Virus record (IMG/VR): IMGVR_UViG_3300017963_007659
Coordinates: 122,315-186,314 of that record
Origin: a virus
Length of the DNA stretch: 64,000 nucleotides
Reading direction: 5' to 3' (one strand)
This document shows, piece by piece, positions 18,561 through 27,028 of this stretch (its first letter is position 1; every line of letters begins with the position of its first letter). Position numbers and translations under genes: made by a program. The notes beneath the pieces were generated by a model. The model worked only from the letters and a program-made list of their open reading frames with translations, had not been told where the DNA came from and made no database searches.

Positions 18561-18591
18561 TTGACATAAGCTCAAAATTCTGGTCAAAGTA
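18561..18591 (+). promoter_or_regulatory. Putative promoter TTGACA-N18-CAAAGT
   Basis: Perfect sigma70 -35 at 18561, with the recurrent GGTCAAAGTA motif in the -10 position. Confidence 0.55.
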
Positions 18592-18642
18592 GGACATGGG
18601 CGAACGCTGTTCTCCTCAGCATGAGATGACCTATATAGTTAC

Positions 18643-18888
18643 ATGAGCGACGACATGGAGTCAGCGTTGGCCAAGCGCTACTATCTCTACGCGAAGTCCT
18701 TTGGTCTTTCCCCGACAGAAGCTCTTGCTCGTGACTCAGAAATCTTTCCTGACGACAAGATGGAAGGATTCGTTGCGTGGAACAAGACGCAGATCTACCA
18801 TTGGGCTCAAGCCAAGAACACTCATCCTGATTGGGCTGTGCTCTATCGGGAAGAGGTCTCAGCCTGGATTGAGGAGCAGCTCGAATGA
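18643..18888 (+). CDS. Hypothetical protein
   Basis: 81-aa ORF after the promoter. Confidence 0.65.
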   Translation: MSDDMESALAKRYYLYAKSFGLSPTEALARDSEIFPDDKMEGFVAWNKTQIYHWAQAKNTHPDWAVLYREEVSAWIEEQLE

Positions 18889-19016
18889 AACGATTCGGTG
18901 AAGTTGACTATGAGACCCAACTGAAGAAGATAGGCTTCAAGAAAGTGATGGTCGGTTCGACGATTGCCTACACTCGCCCTGGTCTCGTCATTCCCTCGGA
19001 GCCGCCGAAGAAATAG
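18885..19016 (+). CDS. Small hypothetical protein (43 aa), not in ORF track
   Basis: ATGA overlap; MKRFGEVDYETQLKKIGFKK...PPKK. Confidence 0.45.
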   Translation: MKRFGEVDYETQLKKIGFKKVMVGSTIAYTRPGLVIPSEPPKK

Positions 19017-19072
19017 CCAGTCTCCAGACGCCTCTCGGGACTTTCCTGGTCAAAGGTATGTAGGGAGGTCTC

Positions 19073-19405
19073 ATGGCAGACGACAAGGCAGAAGAAGTCC
19101 GAGATGCGATCAATATTCTTGTAGCTACTCTCGCCGTCACGAACTCTCTATTCGATATCGGGAAGGAGAAGACGGTCGCGTTGATTGAAGACTGCGGTCT
19201 TCTAGCTCCAGAGGAGCCTGACGTTACCTTTGCCGTATTCCAGGCTCTCCTAGGGAGGAGTAAGCTCAAGATACTTGAAGACCTTGAGCTTCTTGCCCAA
19301 AGGTTGGAAGCGGTTCCGGGGGCCATTCGAGAGGCTTGTGCGGTCTACAAGGAGCTACAAGGATTGGAGACCTCCACCGACGAGGACGACGAGGAGACGT
19401 CATGA
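19073..19405 (+). CDS. Hypothetical protein
   Basis: GGGAGG RBS; CTGGTCAAAG at 19046. Confidence 0.7.
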   Translation: MADDKAEEVRDAINILVATLAVTNSLFDIGKEKTVALIEDCGLLAPEEPDVTFAVFQALLGRSKLKILEDLELLAQRLEAVPGAIREACAVYKELQGLETSTDEDDEETS

Positions 19406-20325
19406 AGCTGATTAAAGATGGGATCTGCAACGACGTCGAATTCACTCTCGACGACATGCGGGAAGCCATGACGGACTACTACTTGAAGAAGGCGAAAGAA
19501 GACCCCTCTCTTCGGGTAGACGACGCTCCTCATCCCACCTGTGGTGTAGTCACCGATATGCCTGATTACGAGAACCTGGGGGCCTCTTATGTCCAAGATA
19601 CTCCCAACTCCGGACACTTGCGTTGGATCGACAAGAAGCGTGCCCGAGATCTGAGTCTGAAGGCTCAGATGAAGCGACGGCTAAGACAGGGGCTTGATAC
19701 CCGAATTGTCGCACACAGCTCTCCAGGGCACTCATCAGACCCCGAACATGTGCGCTGGGAAGTGTTGAAGAATCGCAACACTCCTATCCAGGGGAGTGCT
19801 TCGGACGCTTTTCATTTTGAGGTCTCGAAGAGTCGAAAGAGGGAAGAAGCGCTTGTCTACTTGAGGGGGCTAGGGGTTCCTGATTTCATCATCCAAGGTT
19901 GGGACTCCGCGCGGGAAGAGTCTGACTCCTACACGGCGTATGTGCTCGCTGCCGTGCAGTGTGGTCTTCCAGCGACGATCCAAGAATTCGGACATGCGGC
20001 TGGTTTCACCAAAGAACACATGCGAGACGCTTTGAAGGTGAGTGCGAACCTTCCTCCTGCTGACCACGCGGCGGCTGAACCTGGTCTTCTCGACGTCTCG
20101 CAGGAAGAGAAGACCATCACCGACGGTATGCTACACGCTCTTGGTGTTGACCCAGAGTTCCACGAAGAGATGAAGAAGAAGCACGAGGAGCACAAGGAAG
20201 GCATATGCTGTGTCCAGGGCTGCTCAGCCGAAGCATGGACCCGTCCTAACGGCACCAAGAAGTTCTGTACGGAGCACGAGACCGAAGAGTTCACCTACAA
20301 GAAAACAGGCTTAACCCTCCTGTAA
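19402..20325 (+). CDS. Hypothetical protein with C-terminal Cys/His motif
   Basis: ATGA overlap; CCVQGC...FCTEH. Confidence 0.7.
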   Translation: MKLIKDGICNDVEFTLDDMREAMTDYYLKKAKEDPSLRVDDAPHPTCGVVTDMPDYENLGASYVQDTPNSGHLRWIDKKRARDLSLKAQMKRRLRQGLDTRIVAHSSPGHSSDPEHVRWEVLKNRNTPIQGSASDAFHFEVSKSRKREEALVYLRGLGVPDFIIQGWDSAREESDSYTAYVLAAVQCGLPATIQEFGHAAGFTKEHMRDALKVSANLPPADHAAAEPGLLDVSQEEKTITDGMLHALGVDPEFHEEMKKKHEEHKEGICCVQGCSAEAWTRPNGTKKFCTEHETEEFTYKKTGLTLL

Positions 20326-20403
20326 CCCAAAACAAAACAATATTGTTGTACAACGTTTCTGTTTTTGTTCTCCTCCTCAAGACAAACCTAGTCAAAGTAG
20401 AAT

Positions 20404-20610
20404 ATGCCCTATACAGAAGATGGCACCATCTACACCGATCAGTGCTGGCGAGAAACAGAAGACTCTCCAGGGGTCAAGATTACTGATATTCTCCTGGACG
20501 ATGCGTCAGGAGAGGAAGTCATAGTCTACCGGTACTTCAAGGATAAAAATAGAGGGAGCGGATATTGTTCCCCGCGCTCTCGGTTCGTAAAGAGGTTCAC
20601 GAGGTATTAG
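20404..20610 (+). CDS. Small DUF1653-like protein
   Basis: EEVIVYRY...PRSRFVKRF pattern; CTAGTCAAAGTA lies 4 nt before the ATG. Confidence 0.5.
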   Translation: MPYTEDGTIYTDQCWRETEDSPGVKITDILLDDASGEEVIVYRYFKDKNRGSGYCSPRSRFVKRFTRY

Positions 20611-20611
20611 G

Positions 20612-20824
20612 GTGACTGAGGTACCATCGAAGCTCCGAAGAGGGCACGTCTGGGTACGAAAGGGAAGTCCCCAGAGTGCGTGGGTTCAGATTGAAGCTGT
20701 AGCTACGCCCACGTTCGATGACCCTCAGAAGTATGTTGCCTTTCGTCAGATCGGAGCCAATGACGCCTTCCTCTCGACGGTGGATGAATTCTTGAAGGAG
20801 TACGAGTACGATGACGGATCCTGA
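20612..20824 (+). CDS. Small hypothetical protein (DUF1653-like)
   Basis: KYVAFR...STVDEFLKEY pattern. Confidence 0.45.
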   Translation: MTEVPSKLRRGHVWVRKGSPQSAWVQIEAVATPTFDDPQKYVAFRQIGANDAFLSTVDEFLKEYEYDDGS

Positions 20825-21050
20825 CAAGACATTCGAGATCTGCTACTCTGGTGGAACCAATATCAAGGTCAGAGAGGTGTGGCCGGATGGAGATGCTCCA
20901 GAGAACCCCACGGCTGAGGATGTCATGAAGAGGATGAAGGAGTCCTGCAAGGGAGTCAAAGCCGACCTTCTCATGGATTGGAATCTCGCTGGGGACCTCG
21001 ACATCTCAGTCATCGACTACAAGGTCGGCAGGGCACATTGGGACGAATGA
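20811..21050 (+). CDS. Hypothetical protein
   Basis: Tightly overlapping ORF chain. Confidence 0.65.
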   Translation: MTDPDKTFEICYSGGTNIKVREVWPDGDAPENPTAEDVMKRMKESCKGVKADLLMDWNLAGDLDISVIDYKVGRAHWDE

Positions 21051-21274
21051 AGAAGGAACGTCAACCACGACCAGGAGTGATGAAACGCGTCCTCTTTTCC
21101 GAGCTGGAGGGGCGGTTGGATGAGTGCCACAAACACATCCGACGCACAGGGGATCAGATCATTCTTGTAGACGAGGAGAATCTTCCTCTTGGAATCTTCA
21201 TGGATATCAACACGCACAACGAGCTGAGACCGTACTTTGAGAGAAAGCTCGGACGTAGGAAGATAGACCTATGA
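21047..21274 (+). CDS. Phd/YefM antitoxin-like protein
   Basis: MKRVLFSELEGRLDEC..HIRRTGDQIILVDEENLPLGIFM matches the Phd/YefM pattern by eye. Confidence 0.5.
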   Translation: MKKERQPRPGVMKRVLFSELEGRLDECHKHIRRTGDQIILVDEENLPLGIFMDINTHNELRPYFERKLGRRKIDL

Positions 21275-21516
21275 TCCTCTTCGATAAGGTCAAGATAGAT
21301 GAGATACGGCATGGGTCCTACTGTGACCTGTGTCATGCCTTTCTGGAGTGGGGTGCGGAGTGCGTGGAGTCCAAGGTCTGGGACTATGGATTCAAGAGGA
21401 TGGAGAAGAAGCTCCTCTGTCTTGACTGCATTGGTCCGATGTCACAGCTTGCGGACTCTCCTGTCGGAGCCTCGATACACGCTGAGGACAGGCAAGAATA
21501 CCCGGAGGAAGAGTGA
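21271..21516 (+). CDS. Hypothetical zinc-finger protein
   Basis: CDLC and CLDC pairs; ATGA overlap. Confidence 0.6.
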   Translation: MILFDKVKIDEIRHGSYCDLCHAFLEWGAECVESKVWDYGFKRMEKKLLCLDCIGPMSQLADSPVGASIHAEDRQEYPEEE

Positions 21517-22136
21517 TGGAACGCTACCCGCAGATCCCACACCGAACCCAAGTCAAGACGAAGGGGGAGATCTTCTACGCGTTCGATAAGCTCGATGGGT
21601 CGAACGTCCGCGTCGAGTGGACCAAGAAGAATGGCTATCACAAGTTCGGTCGGCGTAAGGCGCTCCTGGACAACTCCAACGAGTTCCTACCGGAATCGGA
21701 GGACATCATCCGAGCTAAGTACGCCTCGGAGCTTGAGGAGGTCTTCAAGAGTCGGCGTTGGCCTCTCGTCACCTGCTTCTTCGAGTTCTTTGGTCCGAAC
21801 TCCTTCGCGGGGAACCATGTGCACGAGCCGCATGACGCTGTACTCTTGGATGTCCGTCCCTTCAAGAAAGGGATCATCCCTCCACGGGAATTCTTGAAGC
21901 ACTTCGATCACCTCGACATTCCGAAGCTCCTCTACAAGGGACCGATGAACCAGGAGTTGATTGAGTCGGTGGAGAACGGGACTCTTGAAGGGATGACCTT
22001 CGAGGGAGTTGTCTGCAAGGGGAGCTACGACCGGAAGAAAGGTCGTCCGACCATGTTCAAGATCAAGAATCGAGCGTGGTTGGAGAAGCTGAGGGCACGG
22101 TGCCCTGACGAGAAGACGTTTGAGAGGCTGAGATGA
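21513..22136 (+). CDS. Short RNA ligase-like nucleotidyltransferase (Rnl2-like core)
   Basis: KLDGSN (I), FEFFG (III), LLDV (IIIa), EGVVCK (IV), FKIK (V). Confidence 0.8.
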   Translation: MMERYPQIPHRTQVKTKGEIFYAFDKLDGSNVRVEWTKKNGYHKFGRRKALLDNSNEFLPESEDIIRAKYASELEEVFKSRRWPLVTCFFEFFGPNSFAGNHVHEPHDAVLLDVRPFKKGIIPPREFLKHFDHLDIPKLLYKGPMNQELIESVENGTLEGMTFEGVVCKGSYDRKKGRPTMFKIKNRAWLEKLRARCPDEKTFERLR

Positions 22137-22477
22137 GTACCAAAATTCCGAAAGAGACCACCTTCTTATGGGATGACGGGTCCTATGCTGTCGCCCGACA
22201 GGATAACGAGACATTTGCTCAGGACTTCTGTGAGATGGTGTGGCTCAAAGGTCTGCCGACCTCGTTTCGAGAGACCGAGTGGGTAACGGAAACCATTCCC
22301 ACACAGTCGTCCTACTGTTGTAGTAAGACCTGTACCTGGATTGAGTACATCGATAGATGTTCCTTGTATGAGGAAGACCTGTACTACAACGCTGATTTGA
22401 AGATGATGGTGCGCTGTGACAAGTGCTTGAAAGAGAATCCGACGAAAGAGATCGCGGATCTGCGAGAAGAAGAGTAG
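22133..22477 (+). CDS. Hypothetical protein
   Basis: ATGA overlap; Cys-rich. Confidence 0.6.
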   Translation: MSTKIPKETTFLWDDGSYAVARQDNETFAQDFCEMVWLKGLPTSFRETEWVTETIPTQSSYCCSKTCTWIEYIDRCSLYEEDLYYNADLKMMVRCDKCLKENPTKEIADLREEE

Positions 22478-22945
22478 ATGCATACTTGTAGCACGACGAG
22501 AGCCTGTGAGGGAGAGCGCTGGACCTGGAAGGTAGAAGACCTCTGGGAAGCTGCTAGGGACCTCCCTGTGCATGAACTGGACATCCCAGCGGTCACAGAG
22601 ATTACCGACCTCCTAGAATCACCTGTGGGGCATGTGTGGGGCTCTGAGGGAGAGTTCACCTTCTGGAATCTGTTGGAGCACATGGAGAGGGTACTTGAAG
22701 CTGACCTGAGCTATCCTATCCTGGCTAGTCCAGAAGGAAGCATTTTGGACGGGATTCATCGGCTGGTCAAAGCTCGTCTCTACGATAAGACGGTTAGGTG
22801 GCAGCAGTTTGAGGAGTGGCCTGAACCGTGGAAGAGGGAGAAGGTCACAGCTCCTACCGATTGCCCTGAACGGGACGAGCAGTGCGACCCGCAGTGTGCT
22901 GTCTGGGCTACGGGCGACCACAGGTGCAGAACGGAGTGGGAATGA
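22478..22945 (+). CDS. ParB/Srx-like domain protein
   Basis: ADLSYPIL...SILDGIHRLVKA. Confidence 0.65.
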   Translation: MHTCSTTRACEGERWTWKVEDLWEAARDLPVHELDIPAVTEITDLLESPVGHVWGSEGEFTFWNLLEHMERVLEADLSYPILASPEGSILDGIHRLVKARLYDKTVRWQQFEEWPEPWKREKVTAPTDCPERDEQCDPQCAVWATGDHRCRTEWE

Positions 22946-23214
22946 GCGAAAGAACCCCAAAAGATGCGCTTCGCCACGCGATGCACCGGGCTATTCGGTA
23001 TGCAGAGATGCGCCGAGACGCAACCAAGCCAGGAGCTGTCATCGAAGCGATGTCCGAGGAAGACAGGCGACTCTTGAAGGAGCTGTCCTCAGATGACTTC
23101 AAGGATGTCTGGCGAGACGTCATTCCGGACGAGCCTCCGCATGGGTCTCCTGCATGGAACGCGATGGGATGGGAGTACACTCTGAAGGCGATTCTTGAAG
23201 GCAGGTACAAATGA
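22942..23214 (+). CDS. Hypothetical protein
   Basis: ATGA overlaps at both ends. Confidence 0.65.
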   Translation: MSERTPKDALRHAMHRAIRYAEMRRDATKPGAVIEAMSEEDRRLLKELSSDDFKDVWRDVIPDEPPHGSPAWNAMGWEYTLKAILEGRYK

Positions 23215-23467
23215 GCGACGAGAAGAAGAATACCGTCCTGAAACCAAGCAAGCTGAACCTCGACTGCCCGGAGTGTCAGCGCAAAATCTCGCATGAATGG
23301 GATCCTTCTGCGGAGACGTGTAGATGCACTGGCTGTGACTACACGCGCAGTGAAGATGTGGTCATGGAGCCTCCTGGAGCGAATCATATACGCTTCATCA
23401 TTCACTACGAGAATGAGCTTCAGAAGGTGATGGACAGGTTGGTGTACAAATGAGCGACGAGAAGAAG
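23205..23467 (+). repeat. 24-nt perfect direct repeat GTACAAATGAGCGACGAGAAGAAG (23205-23228 and 23444-23467)
   Basis: Read directly; each copy spans a stop/start junction. Confidence 0.95.
23211..23453 (+). CDS. Small zinc-ribbon protein flanked by 24-nt direct repeats
   Basis: CPEC...CTGC. Confidence 0.65.
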   Translation: MSDEKKNTVLKPSKLNLDCPECQRKISHEWDPSAETCRCTGCDYTRSEDVVMEPPGANHIRFIIHYENELQKVMDRLVYK

Positions 23468-24184
23468 GAACGTCCTGAGTGGATGGAGAAGCTGTTGGAG
23501 GCACCTCTTCAAAAGGACTGTTTGATCATGTCCGAGGGTACCTTCAAGATGCTGCTTCAAGATTCAGCACTCAGTGTAGAAGAAGGCACTATGGACGATG
23601 AGACCTACGCTGGTCTCGAAAAGGTCTTCTCAGAGAGTATCGAGCGTCGAGACGCAGCACTCAGGAAGCTCCGCGCGTTGCCTTCATTCCCAGGTTCTCT
23701 CATGGCTACGACAAGCCTCCCTAACGAAGAGGACCTTGAACAGGCTGTAGAGCTGATCCGAGAGCCAGAGACAGCCGCGAAGATCAAGGAGCTGGATGCG
23801 GAGACTGTCCCGGAGCCTTCTATGTTTGAAGATGTGGAGCGCATCCGCAAGTACACAACACCTCAGCACCTACAAGGAGTTCCTTGGACCAAGCTGAGCC
23901 GTTCCTACATGGCACGGGTCGCTCCTCATGTCTTTGAAGGTCAAGACAAGGCATACAGTCTCGACTTCGAGATCTGCAACACCTATTGGGACAACTCGGG
24001 GGAGTGTTCTGACCTCGTGGCTGAGGGACATGTGAAATGGGATGGCTGCATGAACGTCTGCTTCTACGATGACTACATGCACTTCTGCTGTCCGGATGAC
24101 GCTGATGAGCTGAACAAGGCTTTGAGATGGGTCTGGTCGCAGGGGAAGACGCTAGAGACTTGGGATGAGCTGCTGGACTACTAG
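23450..24184 (+). CDS. Hypothetical protein
   Basis: 244 aa; C-terminal EGHVKWDGC..HFC motif. Confidence 0.7.
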   Translation: MSDEKKERPEWMEKLLEAPLQKDCLIMSEGTFKMLLQDSALSVEEGTMDDETYAGLEKVFSESIERRDAALRKLRALPSFPGSLMATTSLPNEEDLEQAVELIREPETAAKIKELDAETVPEPSMFEDVERIRKYTTPQHLQGVPWTKLSRSYMARVAPHVFEGQDKAYSLDFEICNTYWDNSGECSDLVAEGHVKWDGCMNVCFYDDYMHFCCPDDADELNKALRWVWSQGKTLETWDELLDY

Positions 24185-24186
24185 CT

Positions 24187-24507
24187 CTATCCTTTGTAGT
24201 ATCCGTGGTCGATTTTGTGGCTCATTCCTAGCCCTGTACACCACTGCCTACTGACCTCCACGGGAGCCCACTTGGGCATTTCCCCATCAGACACGGACCA
24301 GGAGCTTCGCTCGCTATAACGATGTTCCCAGCTATTGCAGTCGGGGAATTGGCGGCGCACGACGCGTGCCTGGAGGGTCTTGATCTCACCAGTCTCTGGG
24401 TTCTCATAAACACCGTTCGCGATGTCTCTTGATACCACAGCAGCCGTGAACCAGTGAATCTTGACCATGAGGGTGGCTTTCTTGTCGTCTGTCATGCTTG
24501 CCTCCAA
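24187..24507 (-). CDS. Hypothetical protein
   Basis: ORF with probable start MTDDKK; TTGACA-N17-GATAAC upstream on the minus strand. Confidence 0.55.
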   Translation of the reverse strand: MEASMTDDKKATLMVKIHWFTAAVVSRDIANGVYENPETGEIKTLQARVVRRQFPDCNSWEHRYSERSSWSVSDGEMPKWAPVEVSRQWCTGLGMSHKIDHGYYKG

Positions 24508-24643
24508 CAGCTACAGTTATCTCAAATTTCAGGTCTTCTGTCAAGAGGAATTTTGCTACGTAAGCGCGGCGAGATCGCCTTTTCGTCAAAATTATCCCAT
24601 GTAAGGGAGAAATCTGGTCAAAGGGTAGTAGGGAAGGAGCGCG

Positions 24644-24859
24644 ATGTACAACTTCAACTTCACTGAACACAGCGGCATTTACTCGAACGCGAAGAGGAAG
24701 ATTGCCTTCTGTGTGGAGGGCTACCGGGTATCAAGGGAAGCATTCATCGCCTACATGGAGAAGAATCGAAGTCCCTCTGAACTCGCGGAAATCTTGGAGA
24801 TAGAGCAGTCCTATTTGGACAAGGGCTACACTCGCGCAAGAGAGCCTGCTCTCCTCTGA
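24644..24859 (+). CDS. Hypothetical protein
   Basis: AAGGAG RBS; CTGGTCAAAG at 24614. Confidence 0.65.
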   Translation: MYNFNFTEHSGIYSNAKRKIAFCVEGYRVSREAFIAYMEKNRSPSELAEILEIEQSYLDKGYTRAREPALL

Positions 24860-24936
24860 AGAAATCTAGTCAAAGTATAGGGACCAAGATGATTCAACCA
24901 CCATGAAGGGAACCACAAGGAGGACACCATGAGGCG

Positions 24937-25704
24937 CTAAAGAACTTGAATCTTCGATTGTTGGCTTGGGACACTTCCATAGCCTAGGTCTACAAGAATC
25001 GCCCGCCTTCCCCTGAACCTGACATTCCCAGCATGCAAGTCATAGAAGACAATACGTCTATGTGACAGAGCCTTAGCCCATTCCATGAGGGTGTGGAGTT
25101 CATTCTTGTAGCGGTCCATCAGAGGTTCATACTTGAAGTTCTTGCCGAACTCCCCCCATCCTTCCAGGTCCATCCCCTCTTCTTCAACCTTGCGGTCTTT
25201 CTCTCGGTAGTAGTCCTCAAGAGCGTAGATGAGCTTGCGGTTGAGACCCTTCTTGAGCATCTTCCGGAATGGAAGATTGCGGTCTCGAAGCGTATCGAAG
25301 ATATGGAGGTACTGACTGAGTTCCATCCCCGCAGCATCCGTGAGCTTCTCAGCCACGATACAGTAAAGGACCTTCGCTTCTGGAAGAGGACGGAAGACGT
25401 CATGAACCTGGAGCAACCAAGGACTCGGCTTGTCTTTGAGGATCTGAGCTGCCCACGCATCGTTGTAGTCGGTGGTGATCTTGAGCACACGTTTTCGGTT
25501 GCCCTTCAGCCAGAAGACTACCGCATACTGTCCATGACCCAGCATCGCTGGCTCTTGCGTCTCCCCCAGACGGTCTAGGATAGCCGTTGTTATCTCATGG
25601 ATCTGTGCAGGCGTCTTCTCTTCGGGAAGATGCTCTCGCTTGAGGAGCTGCGCGAAGACCTTATCGAATCGTGTGAGGTCCATATACGTGAAGTCCTCTA
25701 CCAT
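24937..25704 (-). CDS. Protein-kinase-like (Ser/Thr or APH fold) protein
   Basis: LGHGQYAVVF, VLKIT, IVAEKL, YDLHAGNV, ILVDLG. Confidence 0.8.
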   Translation of the reverse strand: MVEDFTYMDLTRFDKVFAQLLKREHLPEEKTPAQIHEITTAILDRLGETQEPAMLGHGQYAVVFWLKGNRKRVLKITTDYNDAWAAQILKDKPSPWLLQVHDVFRPLPEAKVLYCIVAEKLTDAAGMELSQYLHIFDTLRDRNLPFRKMLKKGLNRKLIYALEDYYREKDRKVEEEGMDLEGWGEFGKNFKYEPLMDRYKNELHTLMEWAKALSHRRIVFYDLHAGNVRFRGRRAILVDLGYGSVPSQQSKIQVL

Positions 25705-26111
25705 TGCTTCTTCCCGTCCTTGGTCGGATAGCCCAGCACACCATCATCCATTCCAATAGGCGCTTCTTCGTCTTCCCACACCTTGGAGCCGTCTAGGAGG
25801 CGTAGGGCTTTCTTGTAGGGCAGCTCGACTGCTGTACGCAGCTTGATCTTCTTTTCCTTCCAGACAACCTCTTCCGGATAGACTAGATCTGGGTAGGTGT
25901 ATGTACTGAATAGGACTACTTTCTTGCGATGCTTCGGTCGTCCTAAGCTCGTCTCCTGCACACCAGGAACGTAGGCTCCTCCGAGAGCTACGGCGTAGAC
26001 TCCAGGGACAATACTCGAATCCCAAATCTCTTTAGTTCTGATGATTTCGGAGAGACCTTCATCATCGGTGAAGTGGACGTAGAAGAGGTTTCTTGGAGAG
26101 GGTTTCTGCAT
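25698..26111 (-). CDS. Possible ADP-ribosyltransferase-fold protein
   Basis: YVHFTDDEGLSEIIRTKEIWDS...GVYAV resembles HYD-type ART N-termini; by-eye match only. Confidence 0.4.
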   Translation of the reverse strand: MQKPSPRNLFYVHFTDDEGLSEIIRTKEIWDSSIVPGVYAVALGGAYVPGVQETSLGRPKHRKKVVLFSTYTYPDLVYPEEVVWKEKKIKLRTAVELPYKKALRLLDGSKVWEDEEAPIGMDDGVLGYPTKDGKKQW

Positions 26112-26184
26112 AATGCGCTCGTTTTTAGGTAACCGTTTGGAAACTCGTCACAAACTAGTCAAAGAGAGTAGAAGGAGATTCTAC

Positions 26185-26478
26185 ATGACAGACGAAACGT
26201 TTACCACCTCTACGGGAAGCATAACGATCTCGGTCAACGAGGTAGAACCGAACAGTCCCTTGGGAGAGATCACGGAGAACACCTATCCTATTGGAACAGT
26301 GGTTCGCCTCATCGCTGGAAGTCCTCTCATGACGGTGGCAGAAATCGTCAGCAAGACGTTGCGCAAATGCTATTGGTTCATTCCCTCTGGAGATGTTCCA
26401 GACTTCTATGAAGGCAAATGCTACGCGGAGACCTTCCATGTCAATGCTCTGATGACTGTTGATAGGGACGCTGAGTGA
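26185..26478 (+). CDS. DUF2158/YodC-like protein
   Basis: IGTVVRLIAGSPLMTV...CYWF...F...L; AAGGAG RBS. Confidence 0.7.
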   Translation: MTDETFTTSTGSITISVNEVEPNSPLGEITENTYPIGTVVRLIAGSPLMTVAEIVSKTLRKCYWFIPSGDVPDFYEGKCYAETFHVNALMTVDRDAE

Positions 26479-26696
26479 GCTGGAAGCAGGTCGATATCGG
26501 TGGAGCCGCGATGTGGTCCAAAACTGGGGAGACCGAGCTGCACCTATACCCTCCAAATGGTACCCTATGGTCGGAAGTAGACCGAGGTACGTTGCCTGGC
26601 TTCACTCCAGAAGGGCGTCAGCAGTATGGGGCGAGTGACAATAAGTACTTGCTGAGACTGGTAGGAGCTATAAGCGAGCGGCTTCAAGAAATCTAG
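26475..26696 (+). CDS. Hypothetical protein
   Basis: GTGA overlap with upstream stop. Confidence 0.55.
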   Translation: MSWKQVDIGGAAMWSKTGETELHLYPPNGTLWSEVDRGTLPGFTPEGRQQYGASDNKYLLRLVGAISERLQEI

Positions 26697-26709
26697 TCAA
26701 AGATAGGGT

Positions 26710-27027
26710 ATGAAGCTGACCAAAGCCCAGAAGGAACAGCGTGCCCTCTGGAAGAATCCTCCTCCTGTAGAGGCAACGAGAGAGCAGGCGCGAGCCCTCT
26801 TCGATGAGAACGGTAACTTCAAGAATTACGATCCCTACCGCCGTGCTGACGATCTGTTCTTTAACAAGGATGGCTGGCCTGTGGCAGAAGTGCTGGCATA
26901 TGCACAGATTCTTGTAGACACCAAGGAGCTGGACCATTTCTGTGATGCTGTAAAGATTCTGCATGCTTGTGCGTTTGCTCGTTGCACCAAAGGGAACTAC
27001 TCCCCCTGCTACATGTGGAGAAGGTAA
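26710..27027 (+). CDS. Hypothetical protein
   Basis: CTAGTCAAAG lies 7 nt before the ATG. Confidence 0.65.
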   Translation: MKLTKAQKEQRALWKNPPPVEATREQARALFDENGNFKNYDPYRRADDLFFNKDGWPVAEVLAYAQILVDTKELDHFCDAVKILHACAFARCTKGNYSPCYMWRR

Positions 27028-27028
27028 G

